From Candidatus Eiseniibacteriota bacterium (GTDB lineage: Bacteria > Eisenbacteria > RBG-16-71-46 > SZUA-252): a DNA stretch of 64,000 bases. The DNA lies in assembly GCA_963703225.1 (NCBI GenBank), contig OY969801.1, positions 1,824,001-1,888,000 of the forward strand. The letters run 5' to 3'. Shown here piece by piece: positions 19,145-28,605 of this stretch (within the stretch, counting starts at the first letter, position 1; each line of letters begins with the position of its first letter). The notes under the pieces were generated by a model, which ran no database searches, was not told the DNA's origin, and was given only the letters and a program-made list of their open reading frames with translations. Both the position numbers and the translations under genes were made by a program.

Positions 19145-19960
19145 ATGGACGATCGGGTCGTTGTCATCACCGGAGCGAGCGGCGGCATCGGCGCCGCGGT
19201 GGCCCGCGCCGTGGCGAGAGCGGGTGGCAGGCCGGTCCTCGCCGCACGGCGCGACAAGGAGCTGCGCGAGGCGGCCGCCGCGTGCGGTGGTGAGGCGCTC
19301 GCCGTCGTCGCCGACGTGACCCGCCGGCAGGACGTCGAGCGGATCCTCGACCAGGCGATCGAACGATTCGGCCGGGTCGACGTCTGGATCAACAACGCCG
19401 GCCGTGGGATCAGCCGACCGGTCGCCGAGCTGACCGACGCGGAGTTCGACGAGATGATGCTCGTGAACGTCAAGTCGGCGCTCTACGGAATGCAGGCCGC
19501 GCTCCCCCACTTCGAGTCGCGCGGCCGCGGACATATCATCAACATCTCCTCCATGCTCGGCCGCGTGCCCTTCGCGCCGATTCGCTCGGCCTACTGCGCC
19601 GCCAAGCACGCGCTCAATTCCTTGACCGCCAGCCTGCGCATGGACCTCCGCGCGTCCTTTCCAAACATCCATGTCTCCACGGTATCCCCCGGCGTGGTCG
19701 CCACCGAGTTCGGCATCCACGCGCTGGGCGGTGGGATCGATTCACGGCAAATGCCGATGGCCCAGTCGGTCGACGAGGTGGCCGAGGTGGTTCTCGGCGT
19801 GATCGAGAATCCGCGGGCCGATGTCTACACGCTGCCTGGAATGCGAGAGCGGGTCGCGGCGTACTTCGCGGCGGAGGACATGGCGGCCGCCGAAGCGAGC
19901 CTCCAAGGCCCCCCCGGCGTGCCGATCCCCCAGACCGCGGCGGCCAGGCCGAAATCCTAG
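19145..19960 (+). CDS. Short-chain dehydrogenase/reductase
   Basis: TGASGGIG, NNAG and YCAAK. Confidence 0.93.
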   Translation: MDDRVVVITGASGGIGAAVARAVARAGGRPVLAARRDKELREAAAACGGEALAVVADVTRRQDVERILDQAIERFGRVDVWINNAGRGISRPVAELTDAEFDEMMLVNVKSALYGMQAALPHFESRGRGHIINISSMLGRVPFAPIRSAYCAAKHALNSLTASLRMDLRASFPNIHVSTVSPGVVATEFGIHALGGGIDSRQMPMAQSVDEVAEVVLGVIENPRADVYTLPGMRERVAAYFAAEDMAAAEASLQGPPGVPIPQTAAARPKS

Positions 19961-20211
19961 GACATCATCTCTTGACAGTGGTCTCCCCGGAGTAGCCTCT
20001 TTAGACGGGGGGCAGGTAGTCCCTCCGTTTACTTCTGCCGTTTCCAACCCGGGCAAGCGGGTCCAGCCTTCGCGCCAGCGGACAAGTCATCGCCACCGCT
20101 GTGACATCCTTCCTTGACACTCGGTCGGGCGGGAGTAGCATTTTCATCTGGGGGGCAGCTTCAAGCCCACGCATTACTCCTAGCACTTCTCAGCCCGGGC
20201 AAGCGGGCTCC
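19961..20211 (+). repeat. Degenerate tandem duplication (period about 142 bp) of a sigma70-like promoter plus structured leader
   Basis: Both copies read GACATC..TTGACA..GGAGTAGC..GGGGGGCAG..TTACT..CCCGGGCAAGCGGG; they start at 19961 and 20103. Confidence 0.75.
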
Positions 20212-20236
20212 GCAAGACCATCGAAAAGGAGTCTCC

Positions 20237-21862
20237 ATGCAGCGGCCATTTCGTGCGTGCGTTCCTCTTTTCATCTCCGCGCTGTTGGGTGCGGGCCTCC
20301 TTTCGGCCGGTTGTGGCAGCGATGACAGCAACCCCGCCAAGCCGGCCCAGCCGACGGCCATCAACGGAAACGTCAACAAGGCCCCGATCGATGGGGCCAC
20401 CGTAAACGTCTACACGCTCAACCCGGACGGGTCGAGGGGCCCCCTCGTGGCCGGTCCATTTACAACGGACGCGAGCGGTAATTGGAATGGCACCTACCCG
20501 GCGGGCGCGATCGGTCCGTTCACGACGGTCTCGACGGGCGGCAGCTACTCGGATGAGGCCACGAGCGTCGTCGTCACGGTCGGCGCCACCCAGGAGCTGG
20601 AAGGACTTCTCGCGGGCACATCATGCTCCGTGACCCCGCTGACCCACGCAACCTTCCTGGGGATCCAAGCGATGGTCGCGGGCGGCACGACCCTCGCCGC
20701 GGCGATCCCCCGAGCGACCTCGGCGTCGACGACCGCGTTCGGATTCGACCTGCTGACCACCACTCCCTCGGACGCGGCGACGGCGACCGCGAGTCAGAAG
20801 AAGTACGCGGCGCTTCTCGGCGGCCTCTCTACCCTCATCGAGGACAACTTCACGGCGGGCACCTTTGCGAGCACGCCCCGCTTCGACCTCGTGCTCGCGC
20901 TCGCGACCGACCTGGCGGACGGCCAACTGGACGGCCTCGATGCGTCCGGCGGCGCGATCGACGTCGCAACCGACGCGACGGGGACCACGACGGCTCCGCT
21001 GACGGCGCTGAGTGCCGCCGATCTCTCGGCCTGGCTGACCGCGGCCAACGCGTATGCCGCATCTCAAACAAACCTGGCGGGAATCTCGTTCAATACCGCT
21101 ACCGCCTGGAATCCTTCCAGTCCCCCTCCCGGAAGCGGGGGCGGCGGCGGAGTAGCCGGGACGATCGTGTTCACGGGATCGGGGCGGGGGTCGCTCGCCG
21201 GAAACACCAGCTGCCATCCGGATTCGAGCTACCTCTTCAATGGACCCCAATACGTCTGGAAGGATACCGCCCGGCACATCGAGATCACGATCGTTCCAGC
21301 CGATCAGGCCCTCTATCCCGGCAAGGCAGAAACGGTCTACGTCGTCTACTCCGGGGTCAACCCTTCGGTGGTCTGGAACACGTTCGCGGTGACCGGGGTG
21401 CCCGGGGTATCGTTCGCCCATGGGAAGACCACGTTTGCCGATGTGTTCGTGCAGGAACTCACGTCGGGCGGCACCAATTTGTCATTGAACGGCACCCTGC
21501 AAGATCCGCTCGGCTCCCTCGGCTCGGTCGATTTCACGACCGCCGGACTCACGCCTCCACCGTTCAGCACCATTACTCCTGACACCAGCTACATCTATAC
21601 CGGGTCGTGGAGGTGGGAGGACCGGGCCCACCAGGTCCTGCTCATAGCGGTCCCGGCCGACCAGATCGCATACCCAGGCGCGATTCAGACCGTCATCGTG
21701 GTTTACAACACCTCGCATTCGTGGACCGCGCACGGCGTATCGGGTGTCGTGGGAGTCTCGACCTCGGGCGGCACCACGACGTTCGACAACACGCTTCTCG
21801 TGGATCTGAATACAGGAACGACATCGGTCCGTCTCACAACCGGGACGCTGACAAACCCGTAG
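20237..21862 (+). CDS. Large Thr/Ala/Gly-rich lipoprotein with a duplicated C-terminal beta domain
   Basis: AGGAG RBS; lipobox 'LSAGC'; Pro/Gly linker followed by two similar units of about 115 aa. Confidence 0.75.
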   Translation: MQRPFRACVPLFISALLGAGLLSAGCGSDDSNPAKPAQPTAINGNVNKAPIDGATVNVYTLNPDGSRGPLVAGPFTTDASGNWNGTYPAGAIGPFTTVSTGGSYSDEATSVVVTVGATQELEGLLAGTSCSVTPLTHATFLGIQAMVAGGTTLAAAIPRATSASTTAFGFDLLTTTPSDAATATASQKKYAALLGGLSTLIEDNFTAGTFASTPRFDLVLALATDLADGQLDGLDASGGAIDVATDATGTTTAPLTALSAADLSAWLTAANAYAASQTNLAGISFNTATAWNPSSPPPGSGGGGGVAGTIVFTGSGRGSLAGNTSCHPDSSYLFNGPQYVWKDTARHIEITIVPADQALYPGKAETVYVVYSGVNPSVVWNTFAVTGVPGVSFAHGKTTFADVFVQELTSGGTNLSLNGTLQDPLGSLGSVDFTTAGLTPPPFSTITPDTSYIYTGSWRWEDRAHQVLLIAVPADQIAYPGAIQTVIVVYNTSHSWTAHGVSGVVGVSTSGGTTTFDNTLLVDLNTGTTSVRLTTGTLTNP

Positions 21863-21879
21863 GGGAAGGAAACCCCGGT

Positions 21880-22437
21880 CTATTTGACGGCAACCGTGAA
21901 CTTGAGCACCCGCTCGGGGACGCTCTTCGAATAGGGCGGGAGGTATTTCATTTCAACCGTCCCCTCGCCCATCTTGGCGGCCTGGTACTTCCACGTCTGC
22001 GTGCGGTCCGTCTTCGAATCCGCGGTGCCCGCCGCATACATGGACTCTCCAATCTGCTTGAGCACGCTGCTCCCGTCCCCGCCTACCTCCCACGTGTATC
22101 CATTGGTGGTGCTGGCTCCGACCCTGACGAGGACCATTTCGCCCGGATGAAGCACCAGGTACTTGCCGTTATCATCCTCGGTAAGGACCCACCCCTCTGA
22201 CGTGTGGAGAATCCCCTCGTTCACTTCACCCTTGCCCGGGACCATGTCGCCGCTAGCCGACTTGCTGTCGCCGGCGCCGCCAGCGCCCGAGCTCATGGAC
22301 TTGGACCCCGCGGCTGTTTGCCCCGAACCGGACGTTCCCGAGCCATTCGTCGCTTCACCCTTCGGCGGCTTTCCGCACCCCGAGTTCGCCGCAAGCAGCG
22401 CCGCGGCGACGATGAAGAACCAGCGAGTCTTCAGCAT
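21880..22437 (-). CDS. Lipoprotein with a chagasin/I42-like cysteine protease inhibitor domain
   Basis: Lipobox 'NSGC'; Gly/Ser linker; 'STTNGYTW' and 'YLPPY' resemble the chagasin NPTTGYxW and YxRPW loops. Confidence 0.65.
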   Translation of the reverse strand: MLKTRWFFIVAAALLAANSGCGKPPKGEATNGSGTSGSGQTAAGSKSMSSGAGGAGDSKSASGDMVPGKGEVNEGILHTSEGWVLTEDDNGKYLVLHPGEMVLVRVGASTTNGYTWEVGGDGSSVLKQIGESMYAAGTADSKTDRTQTWKYQAAKMGEGTVEMKYLPPYSKSVPERVLKFTVAVK

Positions 22438-22514
22438 GATCTACCTCCTTGCCCGTCCCTGACGAACTGCGTCCCCCAGCACATTCAAGGGAGCCGAGTG
22501 ACACTCTAACTCAT

Positions 22515-22597
22515 TGCCCGGGGAAGGGCTCGAACCTTCATGGGGTTGCCCCCAGGGGATTTTAAGTCCCCTGCGTCTGCCATTCCGCCACCCGGGC
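22515..22597 (-). tRNA. tRNA-Leu(TAA)
   Basis: Reverse complement GCCCGGGTGGCGGAATGGCAGACGCAGGGGACTTAAAATCCCCTGGGGGCAACCCCATGAAGGTTCGAGCCCTTCCCCGGGCA forms a cloverleaf with a long variable arm and anticodon TAA; CCA not encoded. Confidence 0.97.
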
Positions 22598-22631
22598 ATC
22601 GATCGCGAGGGGGCACAGGCGCGCCACCCTC

Positions 22632-23711
22632 TTACCGCGCTATCTTCGCGACGTCGTGCTCGTCTTCGATATCGCCGACCAGCTCTTCCACGATGTCCTC
22701 GAGGGTGATGATCCCGATCGCGATCCCCGCCTCATCGATCACGACCGCCATCTGCCGGCGCTCACGGCGGAGTTCCTTGAGCTGCTCCGCGATCGAGCGG
22801 TCCGCCGGGGCCCACGTGGTCGGGTACATCGCGTCTTCCAGGTTGATCAGACCGCTGGTCGCGTAGATCGCGAAAAGATCCTTCGAGTTCACGATCCCCA
22901 CGACCCGTGTCCGCTCGCCGTCGAAAACCGGGAACCGCGTGTGCACGCTATCTTGGAGAGCGCTCAGGATCCCCTCCGGCTTCATCCGATACTCCAGCAT
23001 GATGGCATCCTTGAGCGGGACCATCGCTTCTCGTACACGCTTCTCCGGAAGGCGAAACGCGTTCTTCAAGAGCTCGGCGTGCTCCGCGGTCATCCTCCCC
23101 GCCTCGGAGACGTCCTCGACCAAGAGCTGAAGCTCGTGCACCGAGTGGACGTGCTGGGCGTGCTCGGCGGGCTCGAACCCGAGGAGGCGGCAGAGACCCA
23201 TGCCGGCGCGGCTGGTGAAGGCGATGTACGGACGGAGGATCCGCTCGAAGAAGAGGAGCGGCGGCGCCAGCGTCATCACCACGCTGTCCGGGATGCGGAT
23301 CGCGATCGTCCGGGGGGCCAGCTCGCCGGCGACGATGTGGAGGAACGTGATCGCGCCGAATCCGACGATCGTGGCGGCCGTATGGGCGGCGACCGGCCCC
23401 CACGCCTTGGGCAGGAACCGGAACAGGGGCTCCAGCGAATGCGCCAGCGCGGGCTCCCCGATCCATCCGAGCGCGAGGCTCATCATGGTGATTCCGAGCT
23501 GGGTGGCCGCCATCATGTCGTCGAGCCGGTCGACGGCGGCCATCGCGAACGAGACACCGGGGACGCGCTTCGACGCCATCTCCTCGAGGCGCGTCCGCCG
23601 CACGCTGACGAGGGCGAACTCGGCGGCCACGAAGAAGGCGTTGCCCAGCACGAGCAGCGGGATGAGCAGAATGCGGCTGTAGGTCCCTATGTAACCCCAG
23701 AATTCATTCAT
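22632..23711 (-). CDS. CNNM/CorB-HlyC family (DUF21 + CBS pair) membrane protein
   Basis: 'NAFFVAAEFALVS', 'TQLGIT', 'GELAPR', CBS 'GIITLEDIVEELVGDIEDE'. Confidence 0.92.
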   Translation of the reverse strand: MNEFWGYIGTYSRILLIPLLVLGNAFFVAAEFALVSVRRTRLEEMASKRVPGVSFAMAAVDRLDDMMAATQLGITMMSLALGWIGEPALAHSLEPLFRFLPKAWGPVAAHTAATIVGFGAITFLHIVAGELAPRTIAIRIPDSVVMTLAPPLLFFERILRPYIAFTSRAGMGLCRLLGFEPAEHAQHVHSVHELQLLVEDVSEAGRMTAEHAELLKNAFRLPEKRVREAMVPLKDAIMLEYRMKPEGILSALQDSVHTRFPVFDGERTRVVGIVNSKDLFAIYATSGLINLEDAMYPTTWAPADRSIAEQLKELRRERRQMAVVIDEAGIAIGIITLEDIVEELVGDIEDEHDVAKIAR

Positions 23712-23729
23712 CGAGGTCGGGCCCCTGCC

Positions 23730-24266
23730 TCAGGCAACCGCGGCGCTCAGCTCGGTGGAGGAATCACCCCGCTCGTCGAAGCTCACCGGAACGCTCCAGC
23801 TTGGATTGGCTGGGACGCAGACTCCCATCCCCTCGTGGCAGTAGGCAAAGGAGACCTGCACGTGGAGGTCGGCCGAGCCGCTCGGCTGGGCGGGAAGCTC
23901 GAACGCGAGGGGCCACGTGGAGCCGAGCTGGGTCCGCTGGATCAGGACCTCCTTGCCCCGGCTCACGCGGACGCTCGCGGGGGCTTCCTCACTGACATGG
24001 GCGCCGTCCGGCAAGCGGACGCGCACTTTCCATTCCGTCGCCTCGCCCGCCCGGAGCTTGGCCGGCGCGGCTGCCACGGACGCGGCGGACCCGAGGTGGT
24101 CGGCCGCTTCCGTCTCCGGCGCCTCCAACCCGTCGATCGTGACCTCAGCCCACGCCAACCGCGGGAGCGCGACCCGCACGATTCGGTGGTTGTTGGTGTC
24201 GGCGACGTAGACGTTGAGCCAGGCGAAGGTAGCCTTTAGCTCGGGGGCACGCGGGTTGCCGCTCAT
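23730..24266 (-). pseudogene. Internally deleted thioredoxin-NHL (NHLRC2-like) gene remnant, in frame
   Basis: N-terminal 'RAPEL...WLN' joined directly to one NHL repeat 'YVADTNNHRIVRV' and a C-terminal 'YCHEGMGVC' domain. Confidence 0.5.
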
Positions 24267-24385
24267 GGGTCTTAAGATACAGGAAACCAGGCGGCGATTC
24301 CGCAGGGACCCGGGCGGGCTGGGCTCGCCCTGCCTTCCGCCGTGGGGGTAGTCCTGGACATCCCCATTGCGGCATAATAGCGCTG

Positions 24386-24991
24386 ATGAGGCGAGCGACT
24401 CTGGCTGGGGGGGTCTTGATCTTTGCGACAGTGGTTCTGGGAACGGCGCTCTCCTCCGCGCGGACCCGCGGGCTTCAGTACGTGCCCGCGACAGATGAGC
24501 AGTTCCCCAAGGCGCGCTACACCGACTCGCTCGTTTCGCTCAACGATCGGTGCCCGGTGCGGCAATCAACGCTGAGCCTCGAGTACTCGCCCGTCTACGT
24601 GAACGGACAACCGATCGGCTTCTGCTGCCATTCCTGTCCGTCCGTGTTCGTGCAGGATCCGGAACGCTATCTGAGGGCGCTCAAGATCGAGCCTCCCGAT
24701 CTCTTCCATAAGGACAAGAAGGCGACGGTCGACTCATCGCTCCGATACCGAATCGGCTTCGAGATCTACTATTTCTCGAGCCGGGCCGACATGGACCGGT
24801 TCAAGAAGCAGCCCCTGCGCTATTGCGGCTTGCTGACCGATCCGATCGAGCTGACCCGCTTTCGCCCGACGGCCGCTTCCCCCCATACCACCTTCAACCA
24901 GAGGCTCTACTATTTCGCGGCCGATTCATCCCTCGCCACCTTCCTCAAGAATCCCAGCTTCCACAAAGACCGGCGCACCGGAACCGACTGA
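24386..24991 (+). CDS. Exported YHS/TRASH-like repeat protein
   Basis: Signal peptide; 'CPV...IGFCCHSCPSVFVQDPERY' and two further YYF..F...P units. Confidence 0.7.
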   Translation: MRRATLAGGVLIFATVVLGTALSSARTRGLQYVPATDEQFPKARYTDSLVSLNDRCPVRQSTLSLEYSPVYVNGQPIGFCCHSCPSVFVQDPERYLRALKIEPPDLFHKDKKATVDSSLRYRIGFEIYYFSSRADMDRFKKQPLRYCGLLTDPIELTRFRPTAASPHTTFNQRLYYFAADSSLATFLKNPSFHKDRRTGTD

Positions 24992-24994
24992 CCT

Positions 24995-25828
24995 GTGATC
25001 TCCGCGCCCGCGGGCAAGGCGACGCGGCCCATCCGCGCCCTCGATGACGTCGACGAGCCCGCGGTCCGCGCGTGGGTCGAGATGGCGATCCGGCATCCGG
25101 CCACCCGCGGGTTCCTCTTCTGCGGCAGCCGTGTCACCGGCTGGGCCGAGCCGGATGGCGACTACGACGGCTTCCTCTACGTGACCGAAGAGCACCGCCG
25201 CACGCTCCGACTCGACGAGACCGAGGTGCGGCTCATGGCGGAGGGGGTGACTCCGAAGCGGCTCATCGGGGACTTCTCCCTATTCTCCGATGCGACTCTG
25301 GAGGAGCAGCTCCGCTCGCCGCTCGACATCGATCACTGGCCCTACGTGGACGCGGTGGTCATCGACGACAAGACCGGCGACCTCGATGCGTGGCGCCAGC
25401 GGATCGCGGCCTTCCCCGAGCAGGGATTCCGCACCAGGGCGGTCCACAAGCTCGTCCAGCTCGTAATCGCGTACCACCACGCGACGATGGATGACGTACG
25501 GGAATACCACGCCGACCGCCAGCTCAATCTCTACCGCGCCGCGCTCGCCGGAGTGCATCTCTGGTTCACGCTCCAGCGCCGGTGGGCGCCGCCCCTCAAA
25601 TGGTGGACGCGGGAGGTGGATCGCCTGGAGATCCGGCCGGACACGCGCGCGGTCTTGGAAGGGGCGATTTTGAACCCGACGATCGAGACGTTGACCCATC
25701 TACGGGATCATTTGAAAACCGAGATGAAATACGCCGGAATCACCGAAGTGGAGGACATCACCCAAGCGTTTTTCGCGACACTCCTCCCGGAAAACCGCCC
25801 CGCGGTCTACCGGAATTCTTATCTCTAG
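24995..25828 (+). CDS. Pol-beta superfamily nucleotidyltransferase with a C-terminal helical domain
   Basis: 'FCGSRVTGWAEPDGDYDGFLY' fits hGS-x10-DhDh; helical C-terminus with 'WAPPLKW'. Confidence 0.65.
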   Translation: MISAPAGKATRPIRALDDVDEPAVRAWVEMAIRHPATRGFLFCGSRVTGWAEPDGDYDGFLYVTEEHRRTLRLDETEVRLMAEGVTPKRLIGDFSLFSDATLEEQLRSPLDIDHWPYVDAVVIDDKTGDLDAWRQRIAAFPEQGFRTRAVHKLVQLVIAYHHATMDDVREYHADRQLNLYRAALAGVHLWFTLQRRWAPPLKWWTREVDRLEIRPDTRAVLEGAILNPTIETLTHLRDHLKTEMKYAGITEVEDITQAFFATLLPENRPAVYRNSYL

Positions 25829-25876
25829 GACCGTGCCGGCGGTCCTGACTTGTCCTCAGCGGACGAAGGAGGAATC

Positions 25877-27965
25877 GTGCATTTCAGTCTCTCGCGTCTT
25901 GCTCCCGTCGCATGCCCGAGGTGGGCTCTCATCGGAGCGCTGCTCCTCGTGACGATCTCAGGGAGTGCACCGGAGGGGAGCGCGGCCGAGCCGGCCGCGG
26001 CCGTTTCCGCGCCGCCGGAGGCCGCGACGCCGCTCTTCTTCACCGGCAGGCCCGACGCCTCGAGCTTCCGGGCGCTCTGCGAAGCGGAGCTTCAGAGCGC
26101 CAAGCTGAGCCTGGACCAGATGCTCGACGTGAAGGGCAAGCGCACCCTGGAGAACACGCTGGTCCCGTACAACCTCGTGATGCTCCACTCCGACAACGCC
26201 GGATACTACTCATCGCTCATGGAATCGGTGCATCCCGACTCCGCCTTCCGAGCAGGGGCCGAGACGCTCACGCAGGCCGCGACCAAGTTCCAGGACGAGC
26301 TGAAGTTGAATCGCGGCGTCTACGACGCGCTCCAGGCCGTCGACGTTTCCAAGGAGGACGCCACAACTCGGTACTTTGTGTCGAAGACCCTCCGCGACTT
26401 CAGGCTCGCGGGCGTGGACAAGGACGAGGCGACGCGGAAGCGGATCGAAGCCCTCCGGGAGGAGCTGGTGCTCACGTCGCAGGACTTCGACCGGAATATC
26501 CGGAATGACTCGCGCACCATCCAGGTGACCGCCGCGGAGCTGGATGGCATGCCCGAGGACTACATGAAGGGCCATCCCGCGGGCCCCGACGGGAAGATCA
26601 CGATCAGCATCGAATACCCGGATCGGATCCCCGTCATGGCCTACTGCAAGAATGGGGAAACGAGGCGTCGCATCCAGACCGAATCGCTCAACCGCGCCTA
26701 CCCGGCCAACATGGCGGTGCTCGACTCGCTCGTCGCGAAGCGCGACCGACTGGCCAAGATACTCGGCTATCCCAACTGGGCCGATTTCATCACCGCCGAC
26801 AAGATGATCGGCGACGGCAAGCACGCCGGGGAGTTCATCGACCGCGTGGGCGAACTTGACCCGGGAGCAAGCCAAACGGGAGTACCAGGTCTATCTCAAG
26901 CGCAAGCAGGAGGACGATCCCAGCGCCACGGTGGTGAACCGGTGGGACGCGCGCTACTACGAGCAGTTGATCCGCAAGCGCGATTTTGATTTTGACGCGC
27001 AGGCCGCGCGCCCCTACTTCCCCTTTGCGGGCGTGAAGCAGGGCCTCCTCGACGTGACCTCCAGGCTCTTCGGCGTGACCTACAAGCGGATTCAGGGCGC
27101 CACGGTCTGGGATCCGAGCGTCGAGGCGTATGAGATGTGGGAGGGAAACAAGTTGATAGGCCGGTTCTTCCTCGACCTCCATCCGCGCGACGGGAAATTC
27201 AATCATGCCGCGCAGTTCAATATTCGCGCCGGCGCGACCGGAATCCAGCTGCCGGAGGCCGTGCTGGTCTGCAATTTTGCGGGCGGTACCGAGGGGGATC
27301 CCGGGCTCATGGAGTTCCAGGACGTCACGACCTTCTTCCACGAGTTTGGCCACCTGCTCCACTCCATGTTCGGCGGGCACCAGCGCTGGGAGCCGGTTTC
27401 CGGAATCGCCACCGAGCAGGACTTTGTGGAGGCGCCGTCGCAGATGCTCGAGGAATGGACCCGCGACGCAACGGTGCTCCGTGTCTTCGCGAAGCACTAT
27501 CAGACCGGCGAGCCGATCCCGGTGGACATGGTCCAGAAGATGCGGAAGGCATCCGTCTTTGGCCGAGCGATCGACACCTCGTTTCAGGTGCTCTACGCGG
27601 CCCTGTCGCTCAATATCTACAATCGCGACCCGTCCCAGGTGAACACTGACGCCCTCGCGCGTCAGTACGAGGCCGCCTATGTTCCCTTCCCCACCATACC
27701 GAACACCCATTTCCAGACCTCATTCGGACACCTGGACGGGTATTCGGCCGTCTACTACACCTATCTCTGGTCTCTGGTGATCGCCAAGGACTTCTTCAGC
27801 CAATTCGACAAGACGAATCTCCTGGCGCCCGGCGTGGCGACGCGCTACCGCCAGACGGTCCTGGAGCCGGGCGGCACCAAGCAGGCCAAGGACCTGGCCC
27901 ACGACTTCCTCAAGCGTGATTTCAACTACAAGGCGTTTGACGAATTCCTGAAGGGGAACGACTAG
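25877..27965 (+). CDS. Second M3 family oligopeptidase paralog (one apparent frameshift near 26855)
   Basis: AGGAGG RBS then GTG; 'TFFHEFGH'; ORFs 25850..26989 and 26856..27965 join collinearly with the 10655 protein. Confidence 0.9.
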
Positions 27966-27989
27966 ACGTAGGCGGCAGAGCCGGGACCG

Positions 27990-28478
27990 CTAGCGCTTGG
28001 CGCTGCGCTCCACGCGGAGGGGGGTGAGGACTTCCTTCTCGAAGCGGGCGGAGTCGAAGGCCTTGTCGAGGTACGGCAGGATCACCTGCTCGGTGACCTG
28101 GAAGTGGGCGGCGATGAGGCCCAGGATGCCGTAGCAGAGGTGCATGAGGCGCCCCGCGGGGGCGCCGCCCGAAATCTCCTTCTCCAGCGCCTCGCAACGG
28201 CGCTGGACCAGCTGGTGCTCGAAGCGGACCGCCTCGGTGAGGTGGGAGCCTTCCCCGGCAGCCCAATCGGCCGCCGGATAAAGGGTGTACTCCTCGGCCC
28301 GGGCGTGCGGCGCCACCTGCTTCTTGACGAAGTCGAGTACCTCCCGCGCCAGCGCGAGCTGGTCTAGGGTCGCCGACTCGTGGAGCTTTTCGATCCGAAC
28401 TCCGAGGGCCTGCAGACGCTCGAGGATCCTGGCGTGCTCGGCCCTGAGGGCGTCCGTCGATCGCTTCGGGGTTGCCAT
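27990..28478 (-). CDS. Hemerythrin-like domain protein
   Basis: 'LRAEH', 'PHARAEEYTLYP', 'FEH', 'AHFQVTEQVILP'. Confidence 0.82.
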   Translation of the reverse strand: MATPKRSTDALRAEHARILERLQALGVRIEKLHESATLDQLALAREVLDFVKKQVAPHARAEEYTLYPAADWAAGEGSHLTEAVRFEHQLVQRRCEALEKEISGGAPAGRLMHLCYGILGLIAAHFQVTEQVILPYLDKAFDSARFEKEVLTPLRVERSAKR

Positions 28479-28605
28479 GCGGCGAGCATTTTTCTGTTTT
28501 CCGGAGCCCTTGTCAACTCGCCTGTTGCGCGGCCCCCGACCCTGACCTAGCCTCGCGGCACAGGCACTGGAGCAAAGGCCCGCCACAACCCCAAGGAGCG
28601 CACGC

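Noticed and set aside
10613..19720. Very long antisense ORFs (10613..13174, 16250..19720; also 6334..7890, 38164..39819, 43867..45609, 55318..57447)
   Set aside because: Shadow frames opposite well-supported genes; expected from high-GC codon bias and carry no motifs.
19961..20211. CRISPR array or known riboswitch
   Set aside because: Only two degenerate units, no spacer pattern, no cas genes, and no riboswitch consensus I can recognise.
19961..22597. Possible genomic island integrated at the 3' end of tRNA-Leu
   Set aside because: No integrase and no duplicated tRNA 3' end (att) was noticed; only two accessory-looking lipoprotein genes.
22514..22708. 64-aa ORF MPGEGLEPS...
   Set aside because: Antisense reading of the tRNA-Leu gene.
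24995..25828. CBASS/CD-NTase or MNT-HEPN toxin-antitoxin system
   Set aside because: No adjacent effector, E1/E2/JAB or HEPN RxxxxH gene; the neighbours are a secreted YHS protein and a peptidase.
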